From: Octopus sinensis
Taxonomy: Eukaryota
DNA length: 64,000 nt
Assembly: GCF_006345805.1 (NCBI RefSeq)
Contig: NC_042998.1
Coordinates: 34,596,001-34,660,000 of the forward strand
Direction: 5' to 3'
Below the pieces are notes generated by a model. It made no database searches. It had not been told where the DNA came from and saw nothing but the letters and a program-made list of their open reading frames with translations. Shown here one piece after another: positions 49,804-62,128 of the stretch; position 1 is the first letter of the stretch; each line of letters begins with the position of its first letter. Made by a program: the position numbers and the translations under genes.

Positions 49804-50605
49804 TATATATATATATATATATTATATTTTGTGAAATTTGATTTAGTATTTCTAAATTGAATTTTTCCCTGTAAGTTAGGAATAATATTCCCTCAAATTA
49901 TTATTGTTACATGTGTGTGTGTGTATTTATATAAAAATGCATGTGTGTGTGTGTATATGTTTCAGTCTCCTTAGCTTGGTTTTGCCTGATTGTCGTAAAT
50001 GAGCCTCACCGTCATACAAGCAGTGTCCCTCATTTCCAATCTTTTGTGAAAACATGTCTGAACCTGGGGAAATATGACCTTATTTGGAAGCAGATGAAGG
50101 TTCGTTACTGAAAGGGCATCCAGCCTTAGAAAATCTGCCTTTACAAATTCTGTCTGACCCAAGCAAGAATGTAAAAAATGGATGTTAAAAAAATATAAAA
50201 CCATACACACGTAAAAACATGAACATTAGCACAAAATCACTCGAATTCCTTCCTCTTTATTCATGTTTAATCATAAATTTAATATGCCAATAACTAGAAA
50301 AGTTACATTTGTTAATAAAAAAATACTTGCTGGAAGGCATCTTAGAATGGCTTCTAGCTTCTTTATCATATAATATCAACCAAAATAGCTAAGGAAAATA
50401 AAATAAGTTTTAGTTCCCAAACTTAAAATACTTTCCAATAAAAAAAATATATCTATATAAATAAAACAAATCTGTAAGTAAACTGAATTTAAATAAATAT
50501 TCAGAGCATTGATGTTCTTGCTATTTTTATCGTCAAGTGTGTATTTATTAAACAGCTCTTCTCTTATGCCTATCATATTAAAAAGTTCTATTATTATATT
50601 TACAG

Positions 50606-50694
50606 GGGCTTTCCGTCTTTATGATCTTGACAGTGATGGCTTCATAACGCGGGAGGAACTTCTAGATATTGTAGATGCTATCTACAAGATGGTG
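50606..50694 (+). CDS. NCS1: NCS-1-like exon (W)[31 protein letters not shown]3
   Basis: tttacAG acceptor, GTatgt donor, 89 nt. Split codon T|GG gives Trp. Canonical EF-hand loop [12 protein letters not shown]. Confidence 0.97.
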
Positions 50695-51671
50695 GTATGT
50701 TACCTTTTCTGAATGTTTTATTTGCTCGCTTTAACTCTGTCATTTTGGTTTATTGAAGTTGTCAGAAAAGATAACGATCAAGATGTATAATATAAGAATG
50801 AATTATTACAAGATAATGTATTTGAAGTTGCTATCGGAGCCCCATTCAAGGCTGTTTTTTTTATGCTACGTGGGAGTACTTGAAGTACTCATACAAGTTG
50901 ATTGTAAGCAAATGAGAATCTTATCAGTTTAGTTTAATCAGCCTTCCTGCTAATTAGTGTCTATACGGCCTTGTGCCAAGTAATTGGTTAGCAAACTTTT
51001 AAAGTAAGAGATATCCAAATATCTATCACTCCCCCATTTCTGGCCATTCCAATTTCCATCACCATCATATGTTACATCTCTCCTAACACTCTTATGGAAC
51101 ATTACCTCTATCCTCTCTGTACCACTTGAACCCCTCCCCCATCACTATTTCTCTCTCTCTTTAACTCTTTCCTTTCTGTCTTTCTTTCTACTGGAATAAC
51201 CAAATATCTTCCCTTATAATAAGACACCTTTCGTTATCCTTCTATTATACATTAACCTCTCAACTGGCACAAAGCCACCACCCTTCTTTCCACTCCCTCT
51301 CCCAGCAGGGAGGTCTTCATTTCACAAATTACTTTGCAACCCTGCTGGTGTTGGTGCCATGTTAAAAGCACCAGTGCTGGTGCCACACACACAGAGCACC
51401 CAGTACACTCTGTAAAGTGGTTTTTGTTAGGAAGGGCATCCAGCCATAGAAACCATTCCAGAACAGACCATGGAACCTGGTGCACTTTTTGGTTGCTTAG
51501 CTTATGTCAAACTGTCCAACTCATGGACAGCAAGGAAGACAGACATTAAATGATGATGATGATGATGTTAAGAACTGAAAATTTAGACAATACAGTTCTA
51601 TATTTAAGAAATGAGGAATTATTCACATTATTTATATTTGACGGATATTTGTCCTCATCTTGTTTGTTGTT

Positions 51672-51717
51672 AACACAGAGTTTCGGCTGATATACCCTCC
51701 AGCCTTCATCAGGTGTC
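51672..51717 (-). ncRNA. Hammerhead motif with intact core and stem II but altered cleavage triplet
   Basis: GACAC-CUGAUGA-A-GGCUG...CAGCC-GAAAC-UCU-GUGUU. Confidence 0.55.
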
Positions 51718-52003
51718 TTGGGGAAATTTTGAACCTGGGTTCTCATTCCTAAGGTATTTTTCGATGTTGTTATTGTTATTATTATTATCATTATTATTAT
51801 TATTATTATTCAGATCACTGCTTGGAATCAGACTCAGAATCTTGTGGTTAGTAGCCCGTGCTCTTAACCACTACACCATATGCTGTAACCATATGCCCAC
51901 AGGCATATGGCGTAGTAGTTAAGAGTGCAGGCTACTAACCCCAAGATTCCGAGATATCGAAAAATACCTTAGGAATGAGAACTGAGGTTCAAAATTCTCC
52001 CAA

Positions 52004-52050
52004 GACACATGATAAAGGCTTGAAGGGTATATCAGCGAAAACGTTGTGTT
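52004..52050 (+). ncRNA. Degenerate hammerhead motif in the right arm (core AUGAUAA)
   Basis: GACAC-ATGATAA-A-GGCTT...CAGC-GAAAAC-GTT-GTGTT; retains the ACGU helix III palindrome. Confidence 0.45.
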
Positions 52051-52329
52051 AACAACAAACAAGATGAGGACAAATATCTATCAAATGTAAATAATGTGCA
52101 AATTTAGAGTACAATTGAAGGTTTTAAGTGATAAAAAATTATAAATAACCACAATTTGTGAGAAGCAATTAATTTGCCAACATCAATAACAACTGGTAGT
52201 GAAAGATTATGCAGATGAATGTTTTGTTTAATTGAGATTAAATTGAATATTATTGCTTTGAAATAAGTTTCAGCTGACAATAGTATAATGACAAGAGAAC
52301 ATTTAATATTCTATGAATCCATTTTGCAG

Positions 52330-52407
52330 GGAAACATGGTAAAATTACCAGAGGAAGAAAACACGCCGGAGAAACGTGTAAATAAAATATTTGAAATAAT
52401 GGATAAG
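52330..52407 (+). CDS. NCS1: NCS-1-like exon GNMVKLPEEENTPEKRVNKIFEIMDK
   Basis: ttttgcAG acceptor, GTgagg donor, 78 nt, phase 0-0. Contains the family motif LPEEENTPEKRV. Confidence 0.96.
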
Positions 52408-52787
52408 GTGAGGAAAAGAAACCTGTTTCTTTATTTTTTTAAAATTGTTTTTGGTTTGAAACAAATTTAAAGTAATACATTGTTACCGTATGTGTGGGAA
52501 TAAAATTGCTTATGGAATGCAAATTTAGGTCCAACCCAGAATGTCCAAAGAGTTTTAGGGAATGCACTTTCATTCCTTGTCTCTGAGCCTGTGATTGCTA
52601 CTGAATAAAGTTTTAGAATTCTTTTCAAGCCACATATACTCAAATACATCTCAGTCAACAACAAGTCCTTATTTGAATGGGCCCTGGCACCACAAGACTT
52701 GTATTTAAAATGACTTCACAGACCCTATCAGGTGGTGCTATTAATTTAAACATGGCTATGGTCAATCTTTGGCCAAAACGTATCTCT

Positions 52788-53175
52788 TTTACTCTTTTAC
52801 TTGTTTCAGTCATTTGACTGCGGCCATGCTGGAGCACTGCCTTTAGTCGAGCAAATCGACCCCAGGACTTATTCTTTGTAAGCCTAGTACTTATTCTATC
52901 GGTCTCTTTTGCTGAACTGCTAAGTTAGGGGGCGTAAACACACCACCATCAATTGTCAAGCGATGTTGGGGGGACAAACAGGGGCATCACACACACACAC
53001 ACACACATATATACGACGGGCTTCTTTCAGTTTCCATCTACCAAATCCACTCACAAGGCTTTGGTCGGCCCGAGGTTATAGTAGAAGACACTTGCCCAAG
53101 GTGCCATGCAGTAGGAATAAACCCAGAACCATGTGGTTGGTAAGCAAGCTACTTACCACACAGCCACTCCTGCAC
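52788..53175 (-). mobile_element. SINE family A
   Basis: Reverse complement of the consensus. Further partial A copies occur near 6942, 9262, 17686, 18700-19175, 23030, 31776, 33130, 35275, 38160, 43975, 55840, 61580 and 62140. Confidence 0.85.
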
Positions 53176-54469
53176 CTTATCTAAGTTTAAAATTGCAAAA
53201 GATGAATGCCATAGAATAAATGCAAATTAATTCAAATCATTGAAGTGTTTGAAATAGCTTGAAATCTTTGAAGCTTAGCTCCAATTTTTTAGTTTAAAGT
53301 AGGTGGATGAAAGAAAGATACCATTCCATCATAGTCTCATTCCCATAACTCCTAATATCTATAACAGACTCTTAAATAAACTGTAAACTGAGACACAGCT
53401 TCTTGAAAACCTGGTGTGTGCATAAACCTGGAAATTCTGAATTGCTCTTGCAGTACCTTGTCTTCTTGGTTATCAATTTAACCACCAAAGCCACTAAAAT
53501 TGATGCAAAAGATGTTTGAGGATCAAATCATCTGATTTGTTTTAATTCAAAGGTGTAGCTTGTTTACCAAAGAATATGTAATTAGTTCACTAAGCTTAGC
53601 ATATTTTTCCGTCAAAAGATAAGAGCTGAGTCTTAGATACAAACTTGTTTAAGTGAAAATATATGAAGCGTTGACCCTTTGGCTTAGCAAACTGATTCGT
53701 TTTGTGAATTTTGATTATTTTCTTTTTTATATTTAGGCTTTGTTTTTATTTACATTTTTTCATGGGAAGAAAAGAAAAAAAACAATAAAAGTATAGAAGA
53801 CCAAATTATCGAGAAAAAACACAAAACTACCTCACCCTGGAAATAGAGAGAAAGAAAAAAACAGGGGGTGGAGAATTAAGCAGCAGAAGATGATGGGTAG
53901 AGTAATGAGTTGTTACCCCCAGAACAGATGGTGTGTTTAACTGTGCCTTGCAGACATGACTGCAAAAGCATTACTGCAGAGAATGCTAGCAAACCTTACT
54001 GCAGCAGTCAAACCATCTTTTGGGGTTCGTTTCTCAGATGGGCCACAATCATCCAGATTTTGGTCAGCCTCTACTTCTTGAAACAACTAAAACAGAAAAA
54101 TAGCAAGATACCTCTGGGAGCATCTTAGAAAATGCTACACATAAAATCCTTGTTTACACCAGATGATATCCTAAGTTGTTTTCAGCTTCTTAAGAATTTG
54201 TTTAGGTTCCTGTACAATTCTTCCAAAGTCGAAACATTTCAGAGAATTCATCATGGGCAGAGGCATGGCTGTCCAGTTGAAAAACTTGCTTCACAAATAT
54301 TTGCATCAACTGTTATGGCATTGGGTTGCATAATAACTTTTAAGTGGAATGAATTCAGCTGTCACTTGTGTGTGGATATGTTTGCATATAAATATATATA
54401 TATATATATATAAAATCGTTAAAAATGTTTTAGCCCGAAAGCCACGGCCATGCTGGGGCACCATCGCTG

Positions 54470-54477
54470 AAAAAAAA
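54470..54477 (-). terminator. T8 run, Pol III terminator-like, directly after the 5S 3' end
   Basis: Eight A on the + strand immediately adjoining position 54478. Confidence 0.7.
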
Positions 54478-54596
54478 TGCTTACAGCACCTAAGTTTCCC
54501 AAGCGGTCACCCATCTAAGTACTAACTAGGCTCGATGTTGCTTAACTTCGGTGATCGGACGAGAACCGGTGTTTTCAACGTGATATGGCCGTAAGC
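54478..54596 (-). rRNA. 5S rRNA sequence, 119 nt, solitary copy (possibly a pseudogene or SINE head)
   Basis: Reverse complement GCTTACGGCCATATCACGTTGAAAACACCGGTTCTCGTCCGATCACCGAAGTTAAGCAACATCGAGCCTAGTTAGTACTTAGATGGGTGACCGCTTGGGAAACTTAGGTGCTGTAAGCA. Helix I is intact, and box A (AGTTAAGC) and box C (AGTACTTAGATGGGTGACC) are present. Confidence 0.95.
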
Positions 54597-54623
54597 CATA
54601 TATATATATTTATTTATATTTAT

Positions 54624-54702
<79 letters not shown>
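54597..54702. repeat. (TA)n microsatellite abutting the 5S 5' end
   Basis: Direct inspection. Confidence 0.92.
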
Positions 54703-54705
<3 letters not shown>

Positions 54706-55174
54706 TGTCTTTTTTTAATGTGACATCCAACGAGCTGGATGCCATTTCCCTCACCTCTCGACAATTTTTCTTTTCTATTTATTCTATATCCTTTCAAAAT
54801 TTCTCCCAGGCGTCACCCATTACAATCCGTCTTAGCCTAACAGCCCTGAATGTTTGACTTCATCAATTGTTTACTCTGTACGTCTACTCTGTTGTTGCTT
54901 GTTCGTTCGAAGCCCTAAGTCTCCACAAATTTTATCTCTTAAAAATTTCTGGATGCTGCTGTTTTACGAAGTTTTCCTAGCTTGTCATTGAAAGCATGAA
55001 ATAGAGAGTAATAAAACAGTTCACAACTGAAGAGGGGTTGGACTTTGGTATTTTGTCCTGGACTTATCTCTCATGCATTTACGTATTTTTCGCTCATTGG
55101 TGATGTCCTGTACTTAATGTGTACTTTTTATTTATTTATAATTGAATCCAACGCAGCCTTGTCCACAGTAAGTT

Positions 55175-55220
<46 letters not shown>

Positions 55221-55238
55221 GGTATGGTTGTGTGGTAA

Positions 55239-55632
55239 GGCGGCGAGCTAGCAGAAACGTTAGCATGCCGGGCGAAATGCATAGCCGTATTTCATCTGCC
55301 GTTACGTTCTGAGTTCAAATTCCGCCGTGGTCGACTTTGCCTTTCATCCCTTTGGGGTCAATAAATTAGGTACCAGTTACACACTGGGGTCCATGTAATC
55401 AACTTAATCCGTTTGTCCTTGTTTGTCTTCTCTGTGTTTAGCCCCTTGTGGGTAGTAAAGAAATAGGTATTTCGTCTGCCGCTACGTTCTGTGTTCAAAT
55501 TCCGCCTTTCATCCTTTCGGGGTCAATTAAATAAGTACCAGTTACTGGGGTCGATATAATGAACTTAATCCCTTTGTCTATCCTTGTTTGTGCCTTCTAT
55601 CTTTAGCCCCTTGTGGGCAATAAAGAAATAAG
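55239..55632 (+). mobile_element. SINE family B with tandem partial duplication
   Basis: The body repeats from GGTATTTCGTCTGCCG. Other B copies at about 17905, 25722, 56305, 58852, 61201 and 63786. Confidence 0.82.
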
Positions 55633-57683
55633 AATGACACAACTGTGACACACTAACTTTCTAAACAACAACTACAAAAATGGCCATGCAACTGAGAGAC
55701 AAACATTCGCTTAGAAGCTTATTACAACCACTTAATACATTACATTCACCAATATATTATATTATCTTATTGATCCATTTACTAGAACTTGAATGAATCA
55801 TTCCCGTTGGCAGTTTATAGACAATTCTGCTTAAAGTCCGGGCCGACCAAAACCTTGTGAGTGGATTTGGTAGACCGAAACTGAAAGAAGCCCGTCATAT
55901 ATATGTATATGTGTGTGTGCGTGTATGTTTGTGTTTGTACCCCTAGCATTGCTCGACAACCGATGCTGGTGTGTTTATGTCCCCCGTCACTTAGCGGTTC
56001 GGCAAAAGAGACCGATAGAATAAGTACTGGGCTTACTAAGAATAAGTCCCGGGACCGAGTTGCTCGATTAAAGGCAGTGCTCCAGCATGGCCGCAGTCAA
56101 ATGACTGAAGCATTTTCTCATTACTCTCTCATCTTAAAACCCCATTCTAAACACTTTTCTCACCCCTTCCCTTAGAAATGCAGCCCTCTGGAATATTCCA
56201 CTTTTGCCTGTGTTTCTTACATAGGCTGAATAAACCAAATCCATTGTACTAGTAAACGAATGCCACTGCTCTCCTTGCTCTCCTTAAATAATTCTTCCTA
56301 CTAACATGGCACAAGGCCTGAAATTTTGGAAAGGAGAGAGAGTCGATTACATCAACCCCCAGTGCTTCACTGGTACTTTATTTTATCAACCCTGAAAGGA
56401 CCCATCCTTTCAGAGTCAAACAAAATAAAGTACCAGACAGGACAAAGTCGAAACTCAGAAGAATTTGAACTCAAAATGCAAAGACAAGAAATGCTGCCAA
56501 GCATTTTGTCTGACGCACCAACAATTCTGTGCTTTTAAATTCAAGATGATCAACTGGGATAATTATGATTAATTATATCCAGTGAAATATCATTGATTGA
56601 ATATCATAAAAGGATGTTCGTTATTTATTCTCTTATTCAGACATTCACTTTAAAGACAGTAAGAAGCTACATGAGAGAAAGAGCTGCTACATGTTGTAAT
56701 TCAAGCGACAAATCCCAAGCATTCCCTTGGTAGTTTGTTCTTTGTTTATCTGTTGTCATTTAGCTTGGTTTGCACTGAAAATATGGGAGTATGTGCATTT
56801 TATTGTTGCAGAATTTTAAAAGAAAACCAATTGCTTTCAGCAGAAACAAAAGCAAATAGAAAATCATGTTTTGAGCAAAAAATGCTGTTTGTAGCAGGCA
56901 CAAAACCTATATCTTTATCACAAGATCTCTACAGCAGAATTAGCTCAACTACTGACATTTGAATGGAACGAAGATCATTTTGGAGTGATAGATAAAAAAT
57001 AAATTAGCTAAAATAATTTTTTTCAGATTGGCAAGACCAAAGCTATTGAAAAAAAGTCCCTGAAGCATTCATTTTTTTTGTACATAATAATTTGCAAATG
57101 TCAAAACCTACTTTGTATATAAAAATGGCAAGGAAGTTAAGATATCGAACTAGTTGTTCGATGCCATTAATTTGAAATTTTTACTGTAAGCATCTGCGTC
57201 CATGCAAAGTATATTACTCTTCTTGTCAGAAACTAGTTTATTGACAACAGGTAATTTATGAATAATATTATAGAATAATGTGTATATTTTCCAAAGAGAA
57301 ATGCCCACCAAAGCATTATTCATTATGATTTTAGCAGAGAGAATCATCATCATCATCATCATCGTTTAACGTCCGTTCTCCATGCTAGCATGGGTTGGAC
57401 GGTTCAACCGGGGATCTGGGAAGCCAGAAGGCTGCACCAGGCTCCAGTCTGATCTGGCAGTGTTTCTACAGCTGGATGCCCTTCCTAACGCCAAATGAAG
57501 GAGCGATAATTAGGTTAAAATAGCTTAATATCCACAAGAAAGTAAACAGTGATATAGATTTGGTTGAAGTTACAAAGATAGGAAATACAATTTGTCTTTT
57601 AAAATTATTCCTTTTCCCAATGATTATAAATCCAAGAACTGGTTTCACTATAACAAGATTTGAATGAACATCAAGTTGGTTAC

Positions 57684-57940
57684 TAGTTCTATATTTAAGA
57701 GATGAGGAATTATTTACATTGTTTACATTTGACGGATATTTGTTCTCATCTTCTTTGTTGTTAACATGTTTTGACGGACATACCCTCCAGCCTTCATCAG
57801 GTTTCTTTGAGGGAATTTTGAACCTGGGTTCTCATTCCTAAGGTATTTTTCCGATGTTATTATTATTATATATTAGCTGAAACATTGTGTTAACAATGAA
57901 CAAGATGAGGACAAATATCTGTCAAATGTAAATATTGTAA
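57684..57940. mobile_element. Palindromic tRNA/hammerhead family, internally deleted copy 5
   Basis: Both arm ends present, centre collapsed to (TTA)n. Confidence 0.75.
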
Positions 57941-58134
57941 AGTTGGTCACTAATCCAATACTTCAGACATATAAACATTGACAAACAACTCGTATTCCGA
58001 TATCAAACTGGCTCATCTCCAGATTCACGACACTCGATAGAAAATAGCTATCAAACATGCCAAGCCGAAAACAGCAAAGATGCACTCATTCTCTCTCTCT
58101 CTCTCAACCCCATCACAGATACAGGTCATGCTTG

Positions 58135-58434
58135 TGGAGGCACATGGCCTAGTGGTTAGAGCAGCGGACTCGCGGTCGAGGGTTCGAATCTCAGACCGGG
58201 CGATATGTGTGTTTATGAGCTAAACACCTAAGCTCCACTTGGCTCTGGCAGAAGGTAATAGCGAAACTTCTGCTGACTCTTTCGCCACAACTTTCTCTCA
58301 CTCTTTCCTCCTGCATCTTGCAGCTCACCTGCGACGGACTGGCGTCCCGTCCAGGTGGGGAACCTATATGCCAAGGAAACCGGGAAACCGGCCCTTATGA
58401 GCCAGGTGTGGCTTGAGAAGGAACAAATAAAAAA
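58135..58434 (+). mobile_element. tRNA-derived SINE, family E, with V-domain-like core and 14-bp TSD
   Basis: A box TGGCCTAGTGG, B box GGTTCGAATCT, core CCTGCGACGGACTGGCGTCCCGTCCAGG; TSD ACAGGTCATGCTTG at 58121 and 58435. Confidence 0.88.
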
Positions 58435-58459
58435 ACAGGTCATGCTTGATTGATTTATC

Positions 58460-58656
58460 TTTTATCTCTTTGTCATTAGATTGCGGCCATGCTGGGGCAC
58501 CACCACAAAGAATTTTTGGTTGAATGAATTGGCTTCAATACATTTTTTTTTGAATGCCTGGTATTTATTCTATTTGTTACTTTTAACAAATTGCTAAGTT
58601 ATAGGAATGTAAACAAACCAACACTGATGGTCAAACAGTGGTAGGGGACAAAGAAA

Positions 58657-58687
<31 letters not shown>

Positions 58688-58835
58688 GCTTCTTTCAGTT
58701 TCCGTCTACCAAATCCACTTACAAGGCTTTGGTCAACCTGAGGCTATAGTAGAAGACACCCGCCCAAGGTTCCATGCAGTGGGACTAAACCCAGAACCAT
58801 GTGGCTGGGAAGCAAACTTCTTACTACATAGCCAA
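58460..58835 (-). mobile_element. SINE family A, diverged
   Basis: Reverse complement of the consensus. Confidence 0.75.
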
Positions 58836-59934
58836 GTCTGTGCTTGTTTGTGCGTAACTGGTACTTAATTTATCGACCCCGAAAGGATGAAAGGCAAAGT
58901 CAACCTCGGCAGAATTTGAACTCAGAACGTAGCGGCAGACAAAAATACCGCCAAGCATTTTGCCCGGTGTGCTTACATTTCTGTCAGCTCACCACTTACA
59001 GTTGCATCATTCTAGCTATCATCATAATTTAATATCTGTTTTCTATGTTGGCATGTGTGGGGTGGCTTGGCAGGTGCTGGCAAAGCTGAGGGGGGGATGC
59101 ACCAGGCTCCCTTGTCTATTTAGCATGGTTTCTATGGCTGGATGCCCTTCCTAATTCCAACCACTTTACAGAGTGTTCTGGGTGCTTTTTATGTGACCCC
59201 AACATCATCATCGTTTAACATCCGATTTCCATGCTAGCATGGGTTGGATGGTTCGACCAGGGTCTGGGAAGCCAGGAGGCTGCACCAGGCTCCAGTCTGA
59301 TCTGGCAGTGTTTCTACAGCTGGATGCCCTTCCTAACGCCAACCACTCCATGAGTGTAGTGGGTGCTTTTTTACATGCCACCAGCACAGGTGCCAGGGGA
59401 GGCTGGCAGCGACCACGATCGGTTGGTGCTTTTTACATGCCACCAGCACAGAAGCCAGTCAAATATGAACAATATTTAATGTGGACTATTCTTGTCGTGT
59501 GGTTGCTGGTTGTACAGAACTCAGGTATTTTTGGCATCTAAAGAAGATAGATTTTTAAGCCATGCATGGGTCACAAGAACCTTGTGCACCATGTAAAGAG
59601 ACAACAGCACTGTTGGTGTGCTTTGTTGCAATGTGTTAGCGACTGTGTCTCATGTGTATAATATGATGCTGCAACATATTATTATGCAGTGTTTCAACTC
59701 TTCCAGACTTACATAAAGAAACAAAGACAAAGACTGATGCAAAATCTACTCAAGTGCAAAGTTTACAAATTAATAAAAGTTTGAGATGAGTTATTAGAAT
59801 ATTTGAAGATTGGAAATTTGCCATTATTGTATTTAGTTTTAGACCAATTCCAATAGTCTGTTCTGTGGGTTTGCATACTGTGTATGCATATTAATAAGAG
59901 AGTTCAATACTGTAGTTAGCATAAATTTTAATTC

Positions 59935-60350
59935 ATCATCATCGTTGTTTAACATCCGTTTTCCATGCTGGCATGGGTTGGACAGTCTGACTGGGGTCTG
60001 GAAGGCCAGGAGGCTGCACCAGGTTTCAATCTGATCTGGCAGTATTTCTTACAGCTGGATGCCCTTCCTAATGCCAACCACTCCATGAGTGTAGTGGGTG
60101 CTTTTTACATGCCACCAGCAGAGAAGCTAGCATCGACCACAATTGGATGGTGCTTTTTACATGTCACCAGCACAGAAGCCAATCAAAGCGGCATTGGCAT
60201 CGGCCATGTTCGGATGATGCTTTTTACGTGCTACTGGCATGGGGCTCACAACTAAAATTTCCATTTAATTTGGTTTTGATATTGCTGTTGATGTTGATGT
60301 ACTTGACTTAAGAGGTCTCCTCAAGCACAGCAGATCGTTCTGCAATCCAA
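59935..60350 (-). mobile_element. Family C element
   Basis: Same tail, core and internal units as 13847-14350. Confidence 0.8.
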
Positions 60351-60938
60351 GGTACTTTTGAGTGGGCTGGTTATACGACACTGGTGTAGGTTACAGCTGT
60401 GGACTCACTTTATTTGCAGGGGCCTTCTCAATCACAGCATACCTCCAGAGGTCTCGGTCTTTTGTCATTGCCTCTTTGAGGATCAACATTCAAAGGCCCA
60501 ACATATTGAAAATGCCCTAGTATGGCCACAGTCTTTAGGCTAAAACACAAAAGAATAACAGTGACTCTCAATTTCATCTTTCAATTTGTTAAAGGTTTTG
60601 GGAACAATTTTTGTCTATTTGAAGTAATGCGATTCTCTGAAAAATGTTTTGAGTCATATTTCAACTGTGGGGAGTTGGTTTGGCCCCTGAGTTGCTGGGT
60701 GAAGGGATTAGTTGAAGGGGTGGGCATGGCAAGAATTATTTCTTTGTTGTTGGTTGTAAGATCTGGTTGGGAAGTATGAGAAGCATGCAGATGTTGCATG
60801 TAGACCAAGGCACACAGATACACATACACACACAAAACTACTGAAGCATAGACAAACAGATGTATACGGAAAATGCACATTGGGAATTTAATATGACACA
60901 CATGCACTTTTTACTATAAATTAGAAGCAAAATGTTTT

Positions 60939-61072
60939 ATTTACATTAGTTACATTTGACGGATATTTGTCCTCATCTTGTTTGTTGTTAACGCAATGTT
61001 TCGGCTGATATACCCTCCAGCCTTCATCAAATGTAAATGTACATAATTCCTCATCTCTTAATTATAGAACTG
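60939..61072. mobile_element. Palindromic tRNA/hammerhead family, collapsed copy 6
   Basis: Left arm truncated within the hammerhead core, joined to the terminal tail TCCTCATCTCTTAATTATAGAACTG on the right. Confidence 0.7.
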
Positions 61073-61959
61073 GAAAAATGTTTTCATTGGAAATCTGTTT
61101 ATTTCTCATTAGAGATGGATGTATGACTATGAGAGTGTGTGTGTGTGTGTAATTATTTACACATATATGGGTGTTTATATCTCAATGTTTGGTCCTTGAC
61201 AGGCAGCAAGATGGCAGAAACGTTAGCATGCAACGCGAAATGCTCAACAGTATTTCATCCATCTTTACATTCTGAGTTCAAATTCCCCTGAAGTCGACTT
61301 TGCCTTTCATCCTTTCAGGGTTGATAAATTAAGTACCAGTTGTGTACTGAGATCGATCTAATCGACTACCCCCCTCCCCCAAAATTTCAAGCTTTGTGCC
61401 TAGAATAGAAAAGAATGTTAGGTCCATAGGCACCTGCATATGGGTGGGTGTATAGGTATCTGAAAGTTTGAGGGTTTTGAAATACACTTTTTGGTTGGTA
61501 TTGGGAGGTACATATATTTCTATAATTGCTTAATATTTGTAACCTTAAGAAGGATGGTACATTATTTTATATAAAAGCCGACAGTTTCTGTCAACCAAAG
61601 TCCACTTACAAGACTTTGGTCAGCCTGGGGCTATAGTAGAAAGCACTCACCCAAGGTGACATGCAGTGGGATTGAACCCAGAACCATGTGGGTGCAAAGA
61701 AAACTTCTTGCCAGACAACTACACCTGTACCTAGACTGGCTTCCCAACCATATGGTCCTGGGTTCACTCCCACTGCATGGTACCTTGGGCAGGGGTTTTC
61801 TACTCTGGTTCCAAGCCAACCAAAGCCCTGTGACTGGATATGTTTACAGAAACTGAAAGAAGCTTATCGTGTGTATATATATATATATATATATTGATAA
61901 AAGCAGTAAGATAACAAAAGAAAGAAAGATACCTCGATATTATGTAAATTGAGGAATTT

Positions 61960-62128
61960 ATCTGTAAATGTAATATGTGACAATTATTCGGTAGCCAAGA
62001 TAAAACCCTGAGATTTTCCGATGGCTGGATAACTGAAGAGATGGTGGCATGGATTTCCACCTCAACATCCAAAACTCGGAGTTTTATCTTGGCTACCGAG
62101 TAATTGTCACATATTAACATTTACAGAT
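61960..62128. repeat. Palindrome with arms of about 47 nt
   Basis: ATCTGTAAATGTAATATGTGACAATTATTCGGTAGCCAAGATAAAAC / GTTTTATCTTGGCTACCGAGTAATTGTCACATATTAACATTTACAGAT. Confidence 0.85.

Larger units (their letters stand above)
51593..52098. mobile_element. Palindromic tRNA/hammerhead family, copy 4 (most complete)
   Basis: Left arm, (TTA)n, inverted tRNA head, CACA-loop centre at 51898-51901, forward tRNA head, right arm. Confidence 0.82.

Noticed and set aside
53940-54330. Candidate terminal NCS-1 exon after ccttgcAG
   Set aside because: No frame gives the expected NxDxxLTxxEFxEGSK EF4 sequence.
54990-55070. CTGAAGAGGGGTTGGAC...GTCC as another hammerhead
   Set aside because: No GAAA follows the putative stem II and there is no second copy to reconstruct a consensus.
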